A program made the position numbers and the translations under genes. The notes under the pieces are model-generated. The model ran no database searches. It was not told the origin of the DNA and worked only from the letters and a program-made list of their open reading frames with translations. From the NCBI GenBank assembly GCA_047495785.1, contig JBLDXI010000023.1, forward strand, positions 496,001-560,000: 64,000 nucleotides of DNA, given 5' to 3'. The stretch comes from Lepidodermella squamata. Its lineage: Eukaryota; Animalia; Gastrotricha. Below are positions 37,335 to 50,405 of this stretch, piece after piece. The stretch's first letter is position 1; each line of letters begins with the position of its first letter.

Positions 37335-37603
37335 ATACTCTTGTGGCCTTGCTCGACCTGGGTGCTGGGTGAATGCAACGAATAACAATGGCCAGACTGC
37401 TTTGGACATTGCGACGTCGCGGAAGGATCAAATAAGCATGGCTAATTTTGCGAAGACGAGATGCTGCTTACGGCAGTGAGTTAGACTAGCAGTCCCGTAA
37501 CTCCGATATCAACAACCCCAGCATCCACCTTATCGACTACATCGACAGCTATCCTAGCTATCAATTTCGCCCAGCAGCAGTTGCGGCCATGTACTTGAAA
37601 TCG
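37335..37603 (+). pseudogene. Ankyrin-family fragment
   Basis: TLVALLDLGA..NATNNNGQTALDIATS..RRDAAYG fused to AVAAMYLKS, with frameshifts. Confidence 0.8.
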
Positions 37604-38476
37604 TGCAACTTCAAATGATGAATGTGTCTCAGCCATCAAGGAAAGCCTCGGGCAGAGAAGCAAACCTTGACTGCTGCTTCACTTACCTGTCACTTTACTT
37701 ATCAAGGAAGGCTTAACCAGTTGGAATTAAATCGCCAACCCTAATCTCCGTAACTTCATTAAAGACAGCTGAAGATGTCATTATTGTACAGGCGATAAGC
37801 AGTACCAATAAGCGATATCAACAAGAGAAGAAAATGATCCAGCTTTGTCATATAGCGGGGCATCACAATGGGTGTCTAACAGGCAGCCTTAGGCTTCAAC
37901 TCGCATTCTATCAGCAGCTATTTACCTATAAATTTGTAGCGTCTTTAAGATTTTAAGCTTTTTACAGATAAGGGAATAATCAATGGCTAGCCATGGAGAA
38001 ATTAGAGAAATATGGAGTTTGGCGCAGCCAAAGGAGTCGAGGGGTTCCAGAGAGGGAATTTAAAAAATCTGAAAAATGTAAAATTAATGCGAATAATTTC
38101 GCGGCTTTCATTGCTTGAGTACCAGCCAGCAATTTTTTACATCATCAGTACACAAATTTGAAAACATATAGGAAAGAGGGTGAGCATATCAACGTGATGA
38201 CACTATTACTATACAAGTCACGTTAGAAAAAAATTATACTTAGCTGAGAAGCATTCCTTAATGAAAATCCAGGCAGCATACTGATCACATACATCATTAA
38301 CACATTAACATCACATACAGCACACAAGCCAAATGCCAAATCGCTACCAAAGCACGACAAAGCCATATATATTAAGGTGATGTTATTGCTGGAGAAACAT
38401 TTGGCGATGGTGATATTTCAAGAATTTTAACATCGACATATTTTCAACAATTATTCAAGTGAAATTGCGAAGTCCA

Positions 38477-41469
38477 ATGAGGTCGATATATTTACTATTT
38501 TTCGGAATATGCTTTGCCGGTGCGGCGGTCGAATATGACAGCGTAAGACCTTCAGGATGTCAAAGCTCAAGCTTCAACTGTTGTTTTTTTAGGCTTTCAA
38601 CCGAGCAATTATATCGGGCCAAGTTTCAACCGTTTGGCAAATGCTGAATTCCGGCTTTGTTAACGCGAATTCAACATCCTACTACCATCCCGATTACCTA
38701 GCATCCGCTATCGTGAATGCAGTGCGAACAAATCAAAGCTACGAAATGGTTGAATTCCTACTGAAAAATGGAGCGAATGTCGAGGCGAGGAACTGGGATG
38801 TCGCTAATGAATACAGATTCTCGGATTACGCTAAAACTCCATTTCTCTGGGCTGCAAGAGTAGGCAGGCTGGACCTTGAGAGACTTCTCGTTGAAAAGTA
38901 CAACGCCTCAACTGAGGCTCGAGACAACAAAGACCAGACGGCGTTGATGATAGCATTTGATGGCCCAGTCACTATAGACTATCTTCGACTAGTCTATTAC
39001 TTGTTACCATTCGAATCGCCTGATTCCAGAAACTCAGACGGACAAACGGCTCTTCATAAATTTTGTAGTGTTGTCACAACAGCTGATCCAATGCCTTTTG
39101 CAAAACTGCTGGTGGAGGAGTTCAAAATGGATGTTAATGCGCGGGATAACAGTGGCAACACCCCTTTGCTTATCGCGGCTAAAACTGGTTATTCCATCGC
39201 TCTGCTCCAGTACTTGATCGACCATGGAGCTGATCCACAGGCAAGGAACAACGACGGCGATAACATGTTACTTCGAGCTTGCCAAATAGACCAAACTGAG
39301 CAGGGCCACTTGGCATTTATCAAGTTTGCGATTGAAGTCGGCGGGAATGACGTCAACTCGAAGTCAGAATTCGCAGCGTGCGACACTCACCTTCAATGGC
39401 CCTATGATGGCCCGCAGATTGACGATTGGGATCTAGTCGAGATTATACGCTACTTAGCCAGCAAAGGCTATGACTTCAACGTGAAGGATGGATATTGGGG
39501 ATACACCGCTCTAATGTCCACATCAGCTTCAAATGACCGGGAGCAAACTATGCTTGCCTTACTTGATCTTGGAGTTGATGTGAATGCGACGAACGACAGG
39601 GGCGAGACTGCTTTGGACATAGCGACGTCATGGAAGAATAGAATTAGCATCGGGAGTTTGAGAAGACGAGGTGCTGCTTATGGTAGCGAGTTAGCTATAG
39701 GATCTTCGGCCAGTCGCTCAACTTCAACATCAACAGATTCTTCCATAATATCGACTACATCTGCGGAAACAGCTTCCACCAATTCTAGGCTATTGACGCC
39801 TAGCGACGAGGAAATCAACGATGGCCTTCAGCCGATTGTTGGGGCTATTTTCAGGGCGAGATCAACTGTAGCGATGAAGTCTAAGACCACGCGATCGAAC
39901 TTGAAATCAGAATTGTGGCCAATGGAACAGCTAAATTTCGACTACTCGGTAGGTTGCTTTTGTTGCCCTCCAATAACAATGATGAAGATATCAATATTCA
40001 TAAGGTATATTGGCTGATGATAGGCCATCAGAGGTTTATTAGAAAATCGACTCATAACCTCATTTGTTTGTATTTTTCGGCAGAAATTTGTTGCCTATAT
40101 AACCAATGGGAATGTCGAAGCCGTTGGCGAAATGATTCGACTCAATCAATCACGTGGCGACACTATTTTGATGGAGCGCCAGACCGAATACGTTGATTGC
40201 GAGCTGTTTGCTTACGTTGATCCTATCCCGGCAGTAGCTGCTGCTTTAAGTGTCAAGAATACTACACTGGAAATGCTCCAAGTTCTACTCGAAAATTATG
40301 GTGATGCAAATGCTGTTCATCCAGATTCCCAGAAATCCGCTCTCATGCTTGCCTCGCAACAAGGTCGCCTTGATCTGGTTAAGCTACTCGTCCAATACGG
40401 AGCAGATGTTGAATTGGAAGTGAACGGAAGAACGGCGATACTGGACGCTGCAGCTACGAATCTTGATATAGTGAAATTCCTTATTTCGCAAGGAGCTTCG
40501 AAGTACGTGGATCGAATCATTTTTGAGGCCTGCCGGATCTCCTCTATACCTGCTCTCCCCATGGTCCAATTTGCTATCGAAGAGGTTGAAAATTCTGTTT
40601 CAGACACGGATATCCTTGGCAGGACCCCGCTTGGCGTCGCTGCTTTGTATTTAAAATCGCCAGATCGCATTCAAGTCTACGAATATCTGCTATCGAAAGG
40701 GGCCGACGTTCATACCAGAATGAATTCAGCCTTTTACAAATACCGAGATTATTCATTGTTGCATCAAGCAGCGCGGTTGAATGACTCAACATTGGCAAGA
40801 TTCCTAATCAAAACTGCTGGAATCGGACTTGAAGACCGTGAATCAACTGGCAAAACTCCCTCAATGGTTGCAGCTATCAACAACTCGCAAACAATTGCCA
40901 AGCTTCTAGTTGATTCTGGCGCGGATGTAACGGCTATTGATAAAGATGGCAATAACGCCTTCCTCTTGACTTGTAAGAATGACGACATGCCTCTTACACG
41001 AGCAAGACGATTTGCAAATTTTTCTGGAGTGGACGTAAATTCAAAGAACAACAACGACGACACGTGTCTCACCCTTATCAGGAATTACTTCGAATTCAAC
41101 GGTTTTGCTAAGTTGCTTGTCCGAAAAGGCTATGACATCAGCCGGAAGCTGCGTAGGGGAGACACTGTTCTGCACACCATCGCAGCTCGGGGGACCGCCG
41201 GCAATGTCGAAGAGTTGATTGCAGCTGGAGCTGATGTTAGCGCAAGAAATGACGATGGCCATACTCCGCTTGATTTGGCATTGCTTTACGGAAATACGCA
41301 AGTTGTAGACATCCTGAAAGCTGTCAACGCTGATGAATACAACGTGGAAGTCGGCAATGAAGATGATGTAGGCGATGAATACCGCAAGGACAATACAAAC
41401 GATGAGTATACTGCGGTCCGGTACATTTTTGAACGTCGTCCACCACGCATTCCATGTGGCACCGCATGA
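38477..41469 (+). CDS. Secreted two-block ankyrin-repeat protein A5, ~935 aa, intact; exons 38477-38542, 38593-39948, 40084-41469
   Basis: Signal peptide MRSIYLLFFGICFAGA. Phase-0 GT-AG introns and a continuous ORF. Confidence 0.92.
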
Positions 41470-42157
41470 GATATGAAGATGCTGTCTAGCAAATTTATCA
41501 ACGTTTCATGACATTGATACCTGTATTAGTGTTATTATTCCTTTTTAATTCGCTTTTGTACCGGTTGAATGTGATAATAGTGATAGCGTTTTATCAACTG
41601 TTATAGGGACATCAACAGACTTTATTCATCCTGTATTATTCCCCCATTCTATCATTTTCGTGCTCATTACGAGTAATATATAGGTAAATGCTGAGATGAA
41701 GGGTAAGGTTAAAGGTTATTTTGCCGAAAATAACGAATATATGAGTGGAAATAAATTCAAAATAATTACATGTATTGATATGTTTTCGAAGGATTGTGAA
41801 CAGCTAGAAACTCATCCCAAAAAACCCTATTGTACGAAAATTCCCTACACCCTACAATGCCCACCAGACTAAACCTTAAATAATCGTACCAGTGTAAGTT
41901 AGGCACTAGATGAAGATAAAGAGATACAAATTTACTGTTGCATCAAATGGCTTTTATAGTACTGCTTTCATTTTCGACTCTAAATTTCCGACAGAACCTG
42001 TCCCTTGAAATGGAGCGGAAATAAGAGCAAACCAAGCACAGCATTTATTGGCAAACCAGCCGCATCTTTTAATACGAATATTTTGTGAAATTCAACTCAC
42101 TAATGCTTGGAAAATAGCTTCAAAGTCTGAAATGTCTTTTTATAATGATTAATAACT

Positions 42158-43113
42158 GACAGCTGCAAAGTGAAAAGTGTATCTTGGCGAATTTTTTGGC
42201 ATTTCGAAATGAGTACATAGGGTTGTTGGCCATGACATCCCGAGTCCATTGGTGAAAACCGTTCGAAAAAATACCTCAAAATGACCGAGATATCGCGTTT
42301 AGAAGTTTAGAGACAATATTTTTCACTTTTTGAGAAAAATGTGAAAATAAAAACTTCATTTTCCGCGCATAAAAAAAGATTTGCACACGTTTTCACCGTC
42401 ATTACCTTCGGATTTCTCAATCGTATTTCTACAAATTTTATACCGTTCGAAAGAGCGAGACAAGGCGCTTTTCACACCAGCATTCAATTGGAATATCAAT
42501 AAAAATTGTCGAAGCGCAAAATTTGTTAGCATTTTTTATTTAAATTTGAATTCCAGCGCGTAATTTACCACAGATATAAATACCTGAAAATTCCAGGCAG
42601 TTCAGGACCTATGGCTTGGTATTCTCGATCCCCTAGTGTGCTTTTGTAGCAAGTCCAGGCAAATTTCACTCATGGCGTGTTGATAAGCAATAGCACACGA
42701 TAATCTGAGTGGCGATTTCGAGGACTGCGTCTATTACTGCTGTTGCAGTTTTAAGGGCCAAAATGTGCGAGCGTTGGCAAATGAGGGCGGCTTTTGCTTT
42801 TATTGCACGTCGGCGAAATGCTAAAACATCGTTTTAGCTTTCAATGCGCACAAATGTTGATGTCTGCATCGTAAACTATGCGTACAAAAATGTAGAAAAA
42901 ATCGCTAATTAATGCTTTGAAGATTAATGTAAATTTGAGGTGGATCCGTAGGTCCTGTTAAGTTAAGGATGCGAAATTTGGAATCTACGACTCAAACTAC
43001 GTAAGGTTATTAGATGAAACCAGAACGGCCTTGGCTGGCCCCGAGACTTGTTTTTCTTGATGCTGAAAATAATTGAAAAATCGCCAAGATACACTTTTCA
43101 CTTTGCAGCGGTC
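42158..43113. mobile_element. Non-autonomous DNA transposon, 956 bp, ~33-bp TIR, 4-bp TSD
   Basis: GACaGCTGCAAAGTGAAAAGTGTATCTTGGCGA / TCGCCAAGATACACTTTTCACTTTGCAGCgGTC. AACT on both flanks (42154-42157, 43114-43117). Confidence 0.85.
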
Positions 43114-43406
43114 AACTGGAAAATTCCATTGATTGATTTACAGCCAGGTATTTTTTTACTTTTACGTCATCTGTGAGCATATACGAAAGTGGGTGAGCAT
43201 GAAAAACATGTTCACGATATTATACTGTCATGCTTCATGCTGTAAAAAATGATAGCAGAGAAAATTCCTCAAAGTGAAAGAACCACGAAAGCCGAGACTG
43301 TTCATAACATTGCTTTACGATAACTGGAAAGCATGCATTTTTGAGTTATTTTGTGAATTTCAGCATTTCCAATCTAATTCTAAAAACTAGCCTATTTCAA
43401 AACCTA

Positions 43407-46400
43407 ATGAGATCGATTTATCTACTGTTATTGGGAGTATGTTTCACAGGCGCAGACTTCTATGTCAACTATAACAGCGTAAGAAACATGAAGAAGTTGA
43501 AACTCATACATCAACAGCTTGCTTTGCCAGGCTTTCAACCAAGCAGTCACATCGGGCCAATTTTCGACCGTTCGGCAAATGCTGAATTCCGGCCTCGTCA
43601 ACGCGAATTCTACATCTTATTACAGCCCAGGCAGCGAAACCTCAGCACTCGTGAATGCAGTTCGAACGAATCAAAGTTACAAAATGGTCGATTTCTTACT
43701 GAAAAATGGCGCAAATGTTGAGGCAAGGGATGGTGCGAGAACTGCATTTCTATGGGCTGCGAGATTTGGCAGGCTAGATGTAGTGAGACTCCTCGTGGAA
43801 AAGTACAAAGCTAAAACGAACGTCCGAGATTCGAGAAATCAGACGCCGTTGATGCTTGCACTCGACGGTCCAATCACCCAAGATTATCTTCGGCTTGTAT
43901 ACTACTTGTTACCCTTCGAATCGCCTGAATACAGAAACTTCGACGGACAAACTGCCCTGCATAAACTTTGCAGTGTAACAACAACTGATCCAATGCCTTT
44001 TGCAAAATTGCTGGTTGAGGAGTTCGGAATGGATGTTAATTCGAAAGATAACAACGGCAACACACCGTTGATTATTGCAGCAGAAACTGGCTATTCTACC
44101 GCTTTGCTCAAGTACTTGGTTGACCAAGGAGCTGATCCACAGGCGAGGAACAACCGAGGCGATAACATGCTGCTTCGAGCTTGTTCAATAGCTCAAACTG
44201 AGCTGGGCTATTTAGCATTCATCAAGTTGGCAATCGAAGTAGGCGATAATGACGAAAATTCAAGGTCGTTGGCTGCTTGCTTTGATCGCCTCCAGAATGG
44301 CCGTGAATACTGGATTGATGACTGGGTTATTGCCGATATTGTGCGGTACCTATCAAGCAAAGGCTTTGATTTAAACGTGAAGAGTGGATATACTGGCTAT
44401 AACGCTCTGCTTCGGGCAGCTTTAAATAATCAGTTACTTACTCTTGACGCGTTAATCGATCTGGGTGCTGATTTAAATGCGACGAATGACAAGGGTGAAA
44501 CTGCTTTGGACTTGGCGACGTCGTGGAATAACAAAAGGATGTGGCTATTCGGACACAAAATTGTGTGTCACGCAATGGCTATTCGAACACAGTGTGTGTG
44601 CGTGACTGGCTACTCGAACACAAGTGGGCGTGAAGTGGTGTGTGCGCGCATTCGGCTATTTGAACACAGCATCTCAAGTCACCTGCTAATCACCGAAATC
44701 CGGATTTTAACAACTTTTTGTTAGTCCGGAAAATGCTAAAACTGCGAAAATTCGAAATACCAGCATAACGGGAAAATACCCGGTCCAAAATTCGAGCGCA
44801 CATTAGAATCAGCAATAAAGGCGATAAAGCAGTAAAGCAATAAAGCAATAAAGGCCGCTCTCTTTGACTTTGGGTCGCGGCCATCGAGTCTGGCAGGAAT
44901 TCCGATAAAAGGCTGCTGCGCGGCGTGATTGCAACTGATAATTAGCGATTTGATAGCTCGAATTTGACTCCGCCGGACGTCATCTTTCGGTTTGATTTCA
45001 ATTTGGCTTGCCGGCGGTCTTAAAAGCGCGCGGCGAGGTGAGACCCCTTGATACCATTGGAGGCGCGGGCAGTGAGGATAGGTTTAAAATCAAGAATACA
45101 TGACACTAGCAGGGATAGTCTTTGAAATTATGCTAAAAACGCTAAATCCGTCTTAAATCCGGTCAATTACCGTCTTTTCGCTAGCCTACCGTTATTCCTC
45201 GACTTCGAGGGGTGTGTTCGAATAGCCACTTCCGCGCACACACCGCTGTGTTCAAGTAGCCAATCACGCATACACAGTGTGTTCAAATAGCGAAAAGCGC
45301 GCACACAATGTGTTCGAATAGCCATTGCGTGACACACATTTCGCTGTGTCCGAATAGCCTCGTCCATAACAAAATTGGCTTTGCGAACTTGAGAAGAAGA
45401 GGCGCCGCCTTGGCTAAAGAGATGGTCATTAAATCATCGACCAGTCGCCTACTCACCACTCCACGAAAGAGTTCATCCAAGTTTTCGAGGACGTCGACAG
45501 ACATCACTGCTACCAAAACATTGCCATTGACGCCCAGCGATGCGGCGATCGACGCTGGTCTGGAACCGATTGTTGGATCTATTGTCAAGGCAAGATCAAC
45601 TTTGGCAATGAACACCACGACTGTACGATCGGTCGTGAAACCAGAACGAAGCAAAGAGCAAGATGAGGTGGACTCGGTATGTTGTTTTCTTGCATAGTCT
45701 GAAGTCTGAGGTGTCGGCCATAAGTAGATTGCCTAGTTTTGCCAAATCAGCAAAAAATTATGGGGATTCGGGAAATTCAGCTGAAGAACGACTATAGCGA
45801 AGAGGTACCGATCCTTTTATTTTAGTTTATCATAGTTCGAGCATCAGGCCTTGAAGTCTTGAAAAAAGAGAATAAACTTAGTTCAGTACTTGAAATGCTC
45901 GATCGGCGCTGGTTAGTATTGACGTCACATGACGCCGGGCAGAACTAGGGCACCACCCACGATGCCAGTTACCATCTTTCTCGTGTAACGTGCCATCATG
46001 GTTTCAACGCGATTCCGCGGCTCACATTTTTGTTTGATAACGGTATAAGCTATGGAATTGTTTTAGTCGATGAGAAACAATTGAAAGATATAAATTGGAA
46101 TATCAACATTTAGGCCATCCGAGCTTACAGAGCAAAACGTGAGGGAAATAGAGCAGCAAACTGCCATCAAGGCATACGACGGGTTTAAACCTGTTCCACA
46201 CAATACGCGACTATCAAATTAACTTCTAACATTTTTCTTCACTTTTTCGGCAGAGATTTGTCAGCTATGTCACGACTGGGAACGTGAAAGCTGTTCGTAA
46301 AATGATTCGGCTGAAACAAGCACGAGGAAACGCTATTCTATTCAAAAGTTATAGCGAACAAATGAATTGCAAACATTTCAATTACTATCGACCTATCCCA

Positions 46401-47726
46401 GCCGTGGCTACGGCTTTAAGCGTCAAAAAACCTTCGCTGAGAATGCTTCAGACTCTACTCCAAAACGACGGCGATGCAAACGCGATACATCCCGAGTTAG
46501 GGAAATCCGCACTAATTCTTGCCACGGAACAACGTCGTCTTGATCTCGTTAAATTACTCGTCCAGCATGGGGCCGATGTTGACATGGAAACTAATGGAAC
46601 AACGGCAATACTCGTCGGTGCCTCAACAAATCTAGAAATTGTGACATTTCTATTCTCGCAAGGAGCTTCTAAAAATGTGAATCAAATCATTTTCGCTGCC
46701 TGCCGAATTAAGTCAATGCCGGCTCTTCCTATGGTTAAATTCGCTATTGAAGAAGCTGGAAATGCTGTTTCCGGCACGGATATACTGGGTAGAACTCCGC
46801 TGGCAGTCGCAGCCATGTACTTGAAATTGCCAGATCGCTTGCAAGTCTTCGAATATTTGATATCGAAAGGAGCCGATATTCAAACCAGGATAAATTCGAC
46901 GAGACACAGGTACCAAAATTATACATTGCTACATCAAGCAGCCCGTTTAAACGATTCAAGACTGGCAAGATTTTCAATAGAAACTGCTGGCATCGGCCTT
47001 GAAGACCGAGAATCAACTGGCAAAACGCCGTTAATGATTGCAGCTAGTAAAAGTTCACAAAAGATTGTCAATCTTCTGGTTGATTCGGGCGCGGATGTAA
47101 CGGCCACTGATAAGGATGGGAACAACGCATTTCTGCTGACTTGTAAAAACGACGACGCGCTTCTCTTACGGGCCAGACGATTTGCAAATTTTACAGGAGT
47201 GGACGTGAATTCCCAGAACAAAAACAACGACACGTGTCTGACTCTAATTCGAGACGAGTATCCATTCAACGGTTTTGCCAAATTCTTAGTTCGAAAAGGC
47301 TACGATATCAATAGGAACCTTGGAAGAGGGTTTACTGTTCTGCACATAATCGCAACTCACGGCATCGCGAACAATGCTATCGAGCTGATTGCAGCTGGGG
47401 CTGATGTTGAGGCAAGAAATGATGCTGGTCATACTCCGCTCGATTTGGCATTGCTTCTCGGGAATTCACAGTTCGCCGATATCCTAACAGCTATCAAAGC
47501 AGATGTATCTGAACCGAGAGAGGCAGCAGTTAGTTCCACAATGGCTACCGCCACAACAAATGATGATCAATACGACGATGAAGCAGATGAAGATTACGAT
47601 TATGAGGACGATGATGAAGATGATGACTATCCTGACGATAATAGAGACGATGAATATACTGCGCCCCATAATGATTTTGTTTGGCGACCTCAATGCAAAG
47701 TCGGGAGAGAATTGGAAGGCGTGTAA
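43407..47726 (+). pseudogene. Secreted ankyrin gene A6 interrupted by a transposon in exon 2; exons 43407-43478, 43531-45676 (insert 44537-45365), 46254-47726
   Basis: Removing the insert and one TSD restores ...ATSWNNKIGFANLRRRGAA.... No other lesion seen. Confidence 0.85.
44537..45365. mobile_element. Mutator-like (MULE) non-autonomous element, 829 bp
   Basis: 9-bp TSD ATAACAAAA at 44528-44536 and 45366-45374. Long TIRs GGATGTGGCTATTCGGACAC / GTGTCCGAATAGCCTCGTCC with ggctattcgaacac subrepeats. Confidence 0.92.
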
Positions 47727-48076
47727 GCATACAAGATGCTGTTTTAGCAAGGTTGCCATCGGAGTATTGTTTGTTAAAAAATCGCCACTCGAAGTGTTCA
47801 AAGCCGGAGGTTGAAATACCATCTAATTTTTAATTCGATTATTTACCGGAATAAACTATAGGTAGTACGAGTAATATTCTTTCGTTCTTTGTCACTTCTT
47901 TTACTACTACTTTACTTGCATATAAACTTCATATTTACTTCATATACTTGCAAACGAAAGACATTTTCAGACAGCAAACCCCTGAATTGCCTCTCCACTA
48001 CCTTATTATCATCTTAATTATTGCCAAAAAATGACGTAATATTTAAAATTTAAGTTTTAAAATTTTAATTTTGGGT

Positions 48077-48165
48077 CAGTGCGCGAAGTAGGATCCTCGA
48101 GGGGGTATTTTCAGGCCCAAATTTTATGACCAAAGGCCCCCCTCCCCTGTGGTTTTTTGGGGGAT
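48077..48165. mobile_element. Truncated hAT-type MITE copy
   Basis: cagtgcgcgaagtaggatcctcgagggggtattttc... is the reverse complement of ~7612-7700. Confidence 0.8.
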
Positions 48166-48543
48166 TCGTTTGGCTGCGCCAAACTCACTCGAGGTTCCAG
48201 ATCGGGGGCAAATTTTATTTCTCCTTGGCTAGCCATAGAGTATTCCCTTATTTCATCATTTCCCTCATAGGTATTTATTTACATATTTATCATTCATTTA
48301 TCCTTCATATTTGTCATATTTACACCATCTTTATTGTGGTTAAACACTGAAAACCGTAGGCGGCCTGCTTTTTGCCGCTCAGCATTGGCGCGCGTTTTTC
48401 AAGAGCCACTGATAACGCGTCATACATAAGGCCAAACAGTTTGGCATCAAGTGAGCTATAATAACTTTCTACTCACGTGCTGACTGGCCTTTGATATGAT
48501 ACATTGAAAACTAGGATTTTGTAGACGAAAATTGAAACCTTAT

Positions 48544-48970
48544 TTTTTAGTATAATGGCCGCGGCGCGTAATTCTCCTGTTTTTCGAGGTACAAAATTGT
48601 GGCGATTAGCCGAGTGCGGTCTATATTCGAGTGCTGTCGTTATTTTTCCCAAGTTTCGATTTTAATAGGCAGCAGCATATTTCCCCTGAAAATTAGCTTG
48701 TAGGCGTATGCATTGAATAGGGATCACATGATTTTTTGTCACTATTCGACTCTCCCAAGGTGAATTTAATCTGTTGGCATACTCGAGAGGGTGTCTGGAG
48801 TCAATAAAGGGTGTCAGCGGGCGGCTTAAGGTCGCTGAGAGCTAATCGCTTGAACTATGCTGTAATTAAACTATGCGGCCTTTATTAACGTCTGAAGTTA
48901 CTTTTAAGGGTGATTTTGCGGCGATTATTCAGGCGCGGCCTTTATTCGGGCGCGGCCTTTATACTAAAAA
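48544..48970. mobile_element. MITE-like element (pogo/Tc2-like subrepeats)
   Basis: IR tttttagtataatggccgcg / cgcggcctttatactaaaaa, with gcggcctttatt subrepeats. Termini uncertain. Confidence 0.5.
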
Positions 48971-49655
48971 TTATACTAAAAACATCTCTTTCCAGAGGAA
49001 TTAAACAACAATTCCCTCACAAATACTAAAAATTCTGAAAGAATCGGGTATCCATAAAACTTATATATTTTCGATAGCTTATATCATCCTGGTAAAGAAA
49101 ATATTTGTTTTCCGAACATTTCCGACCATTCTTCAACAATTTGTCCGCCCCGAAATAATCGAAACATTTCTATATTCGTGATTTTGTGACCTACTAAGCA
49201 AAAAAGTACCTTTGCAACCTCAAATTTTGACACTATGACATGAGCATAAGCGTCCGATCTTTCCTTTATCTACGGAAAAACCATATTAGAAACTCATGGA
49301 AAGTCAATATCGATGAAATAACCTAACAAACCTTCTTTACCTACGCTCAGGTGAAATGTTCTTAGAAGTGCTTAAGCTCCGTCTTTCACTTGTCGCGGCT
49401 CATTTGTTTTTCTTTCTTATCTATTGTTGTTTAGTTTATATAGGTAAATACATAGGGAATTCCCGGATGTTGCAGATAAAATTATCAGAATATTTACGAA
49501 TTGTGAGGAGGTCGTCGTACTGTTTTGCAGGATGTTAACAGCCTGCGTTCTTTTTGATAAAGACATTCATACCAATTTTGCAATAATCTGTTAGAGTATT
49601 CTTGAATATTCTCATTAGTTATTATCTAACTTTTGTTTCTTATAGTATAAAAATA

Positions 49656-50405
49656 ATGCCAGAACTGGACAAGTCGATTTCGGCGGGCCTGTCGACGACC
49701 GGTCCGTACGTGTCGCAAAATATATGTTATACAAAGGATTTCAATATTGGACCGCTCCACGTCGGCGCTCAGACTTGTTTGGAGAATGGCCTTCCGAATG
49801 CAGGTCTCTACATTTCGGTAGACTTACCTAAAAATACGAGCTTGGAATTAGGCGCTAGTGCTAAAGGTCTTTATGCCGAAGTCGGAAAAAATATTGGTGA
49901 TTTTAACCTCTTGATTGCTGAAAACTCACATTCATTGGGAAATCCACAAATAAATCAAAAGTTCAATGGATCGTTTGATCAACCATACCAACCATACCAG
50001 GAAGTTAGACCATACCAACCTATAGACCTGCCATCGATACCTGATCCACCGAAAACTCCTTATCAACCATATGTTTTACCTGATCGGCCCTGGAAACCAG
50101 ACCCTCCTTTTGGAAATTCTTCATGGCCTTCTCAATGGCAGGAGTTGAGAGTAAACCCTTCTAGAGAAATTGAAGATCTTGCTCATGCGGACACTCTTCG
50201 CTGTGCCTTTGGTCCATACAAAATGGTTCCGCCGGAAGAAAGTCCCGAAATTAGACTTTCAGTCAAATCACCCAAGTTGGTTCATATGTCGGATTACCTA
50301 ACGCCATCCCCGGCGACACCCATCTTTGATCCAAAGATGGGCGATTTCATTCAGCCTGCCACAATGCCGTCGTCATGGCTGCTGCAACAACAGGTGCGTC
50401 CATAG
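49656..50405 (+). CDS. Intronless orphan ORF, 249 aa: Gly-rich N-terminal half, Pro-rich PYQP repeats
   Basis: 750-nt ORF in AT-rich flanks. aaaataATG start preceded by an acceptor-like ttttgtttcttatag. No family recognised. Confidence 0.6.
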   Translation: MPELDKSISAGLSTTGPYVSQNICYTKDFNIGPLHVGAQTCLENGLPNAGLYISVDLPKNTSLELGASAKGLYAEVGKNIGDFNLLIAENSHSLGNPQINQKFNGSFDQPYQPYQEVRPYQPIDLPSIPDPPKTPYQPYVLPDRPWKPDPPFGNSSWPSQWQELRVNPSREIEDLAHADTLRCAFGPYKMVPPEESPEIRLSVKSPKLVHMSDYLTPSPATPIFDPKMGDFIQPATMPSSWLLQQQVRP

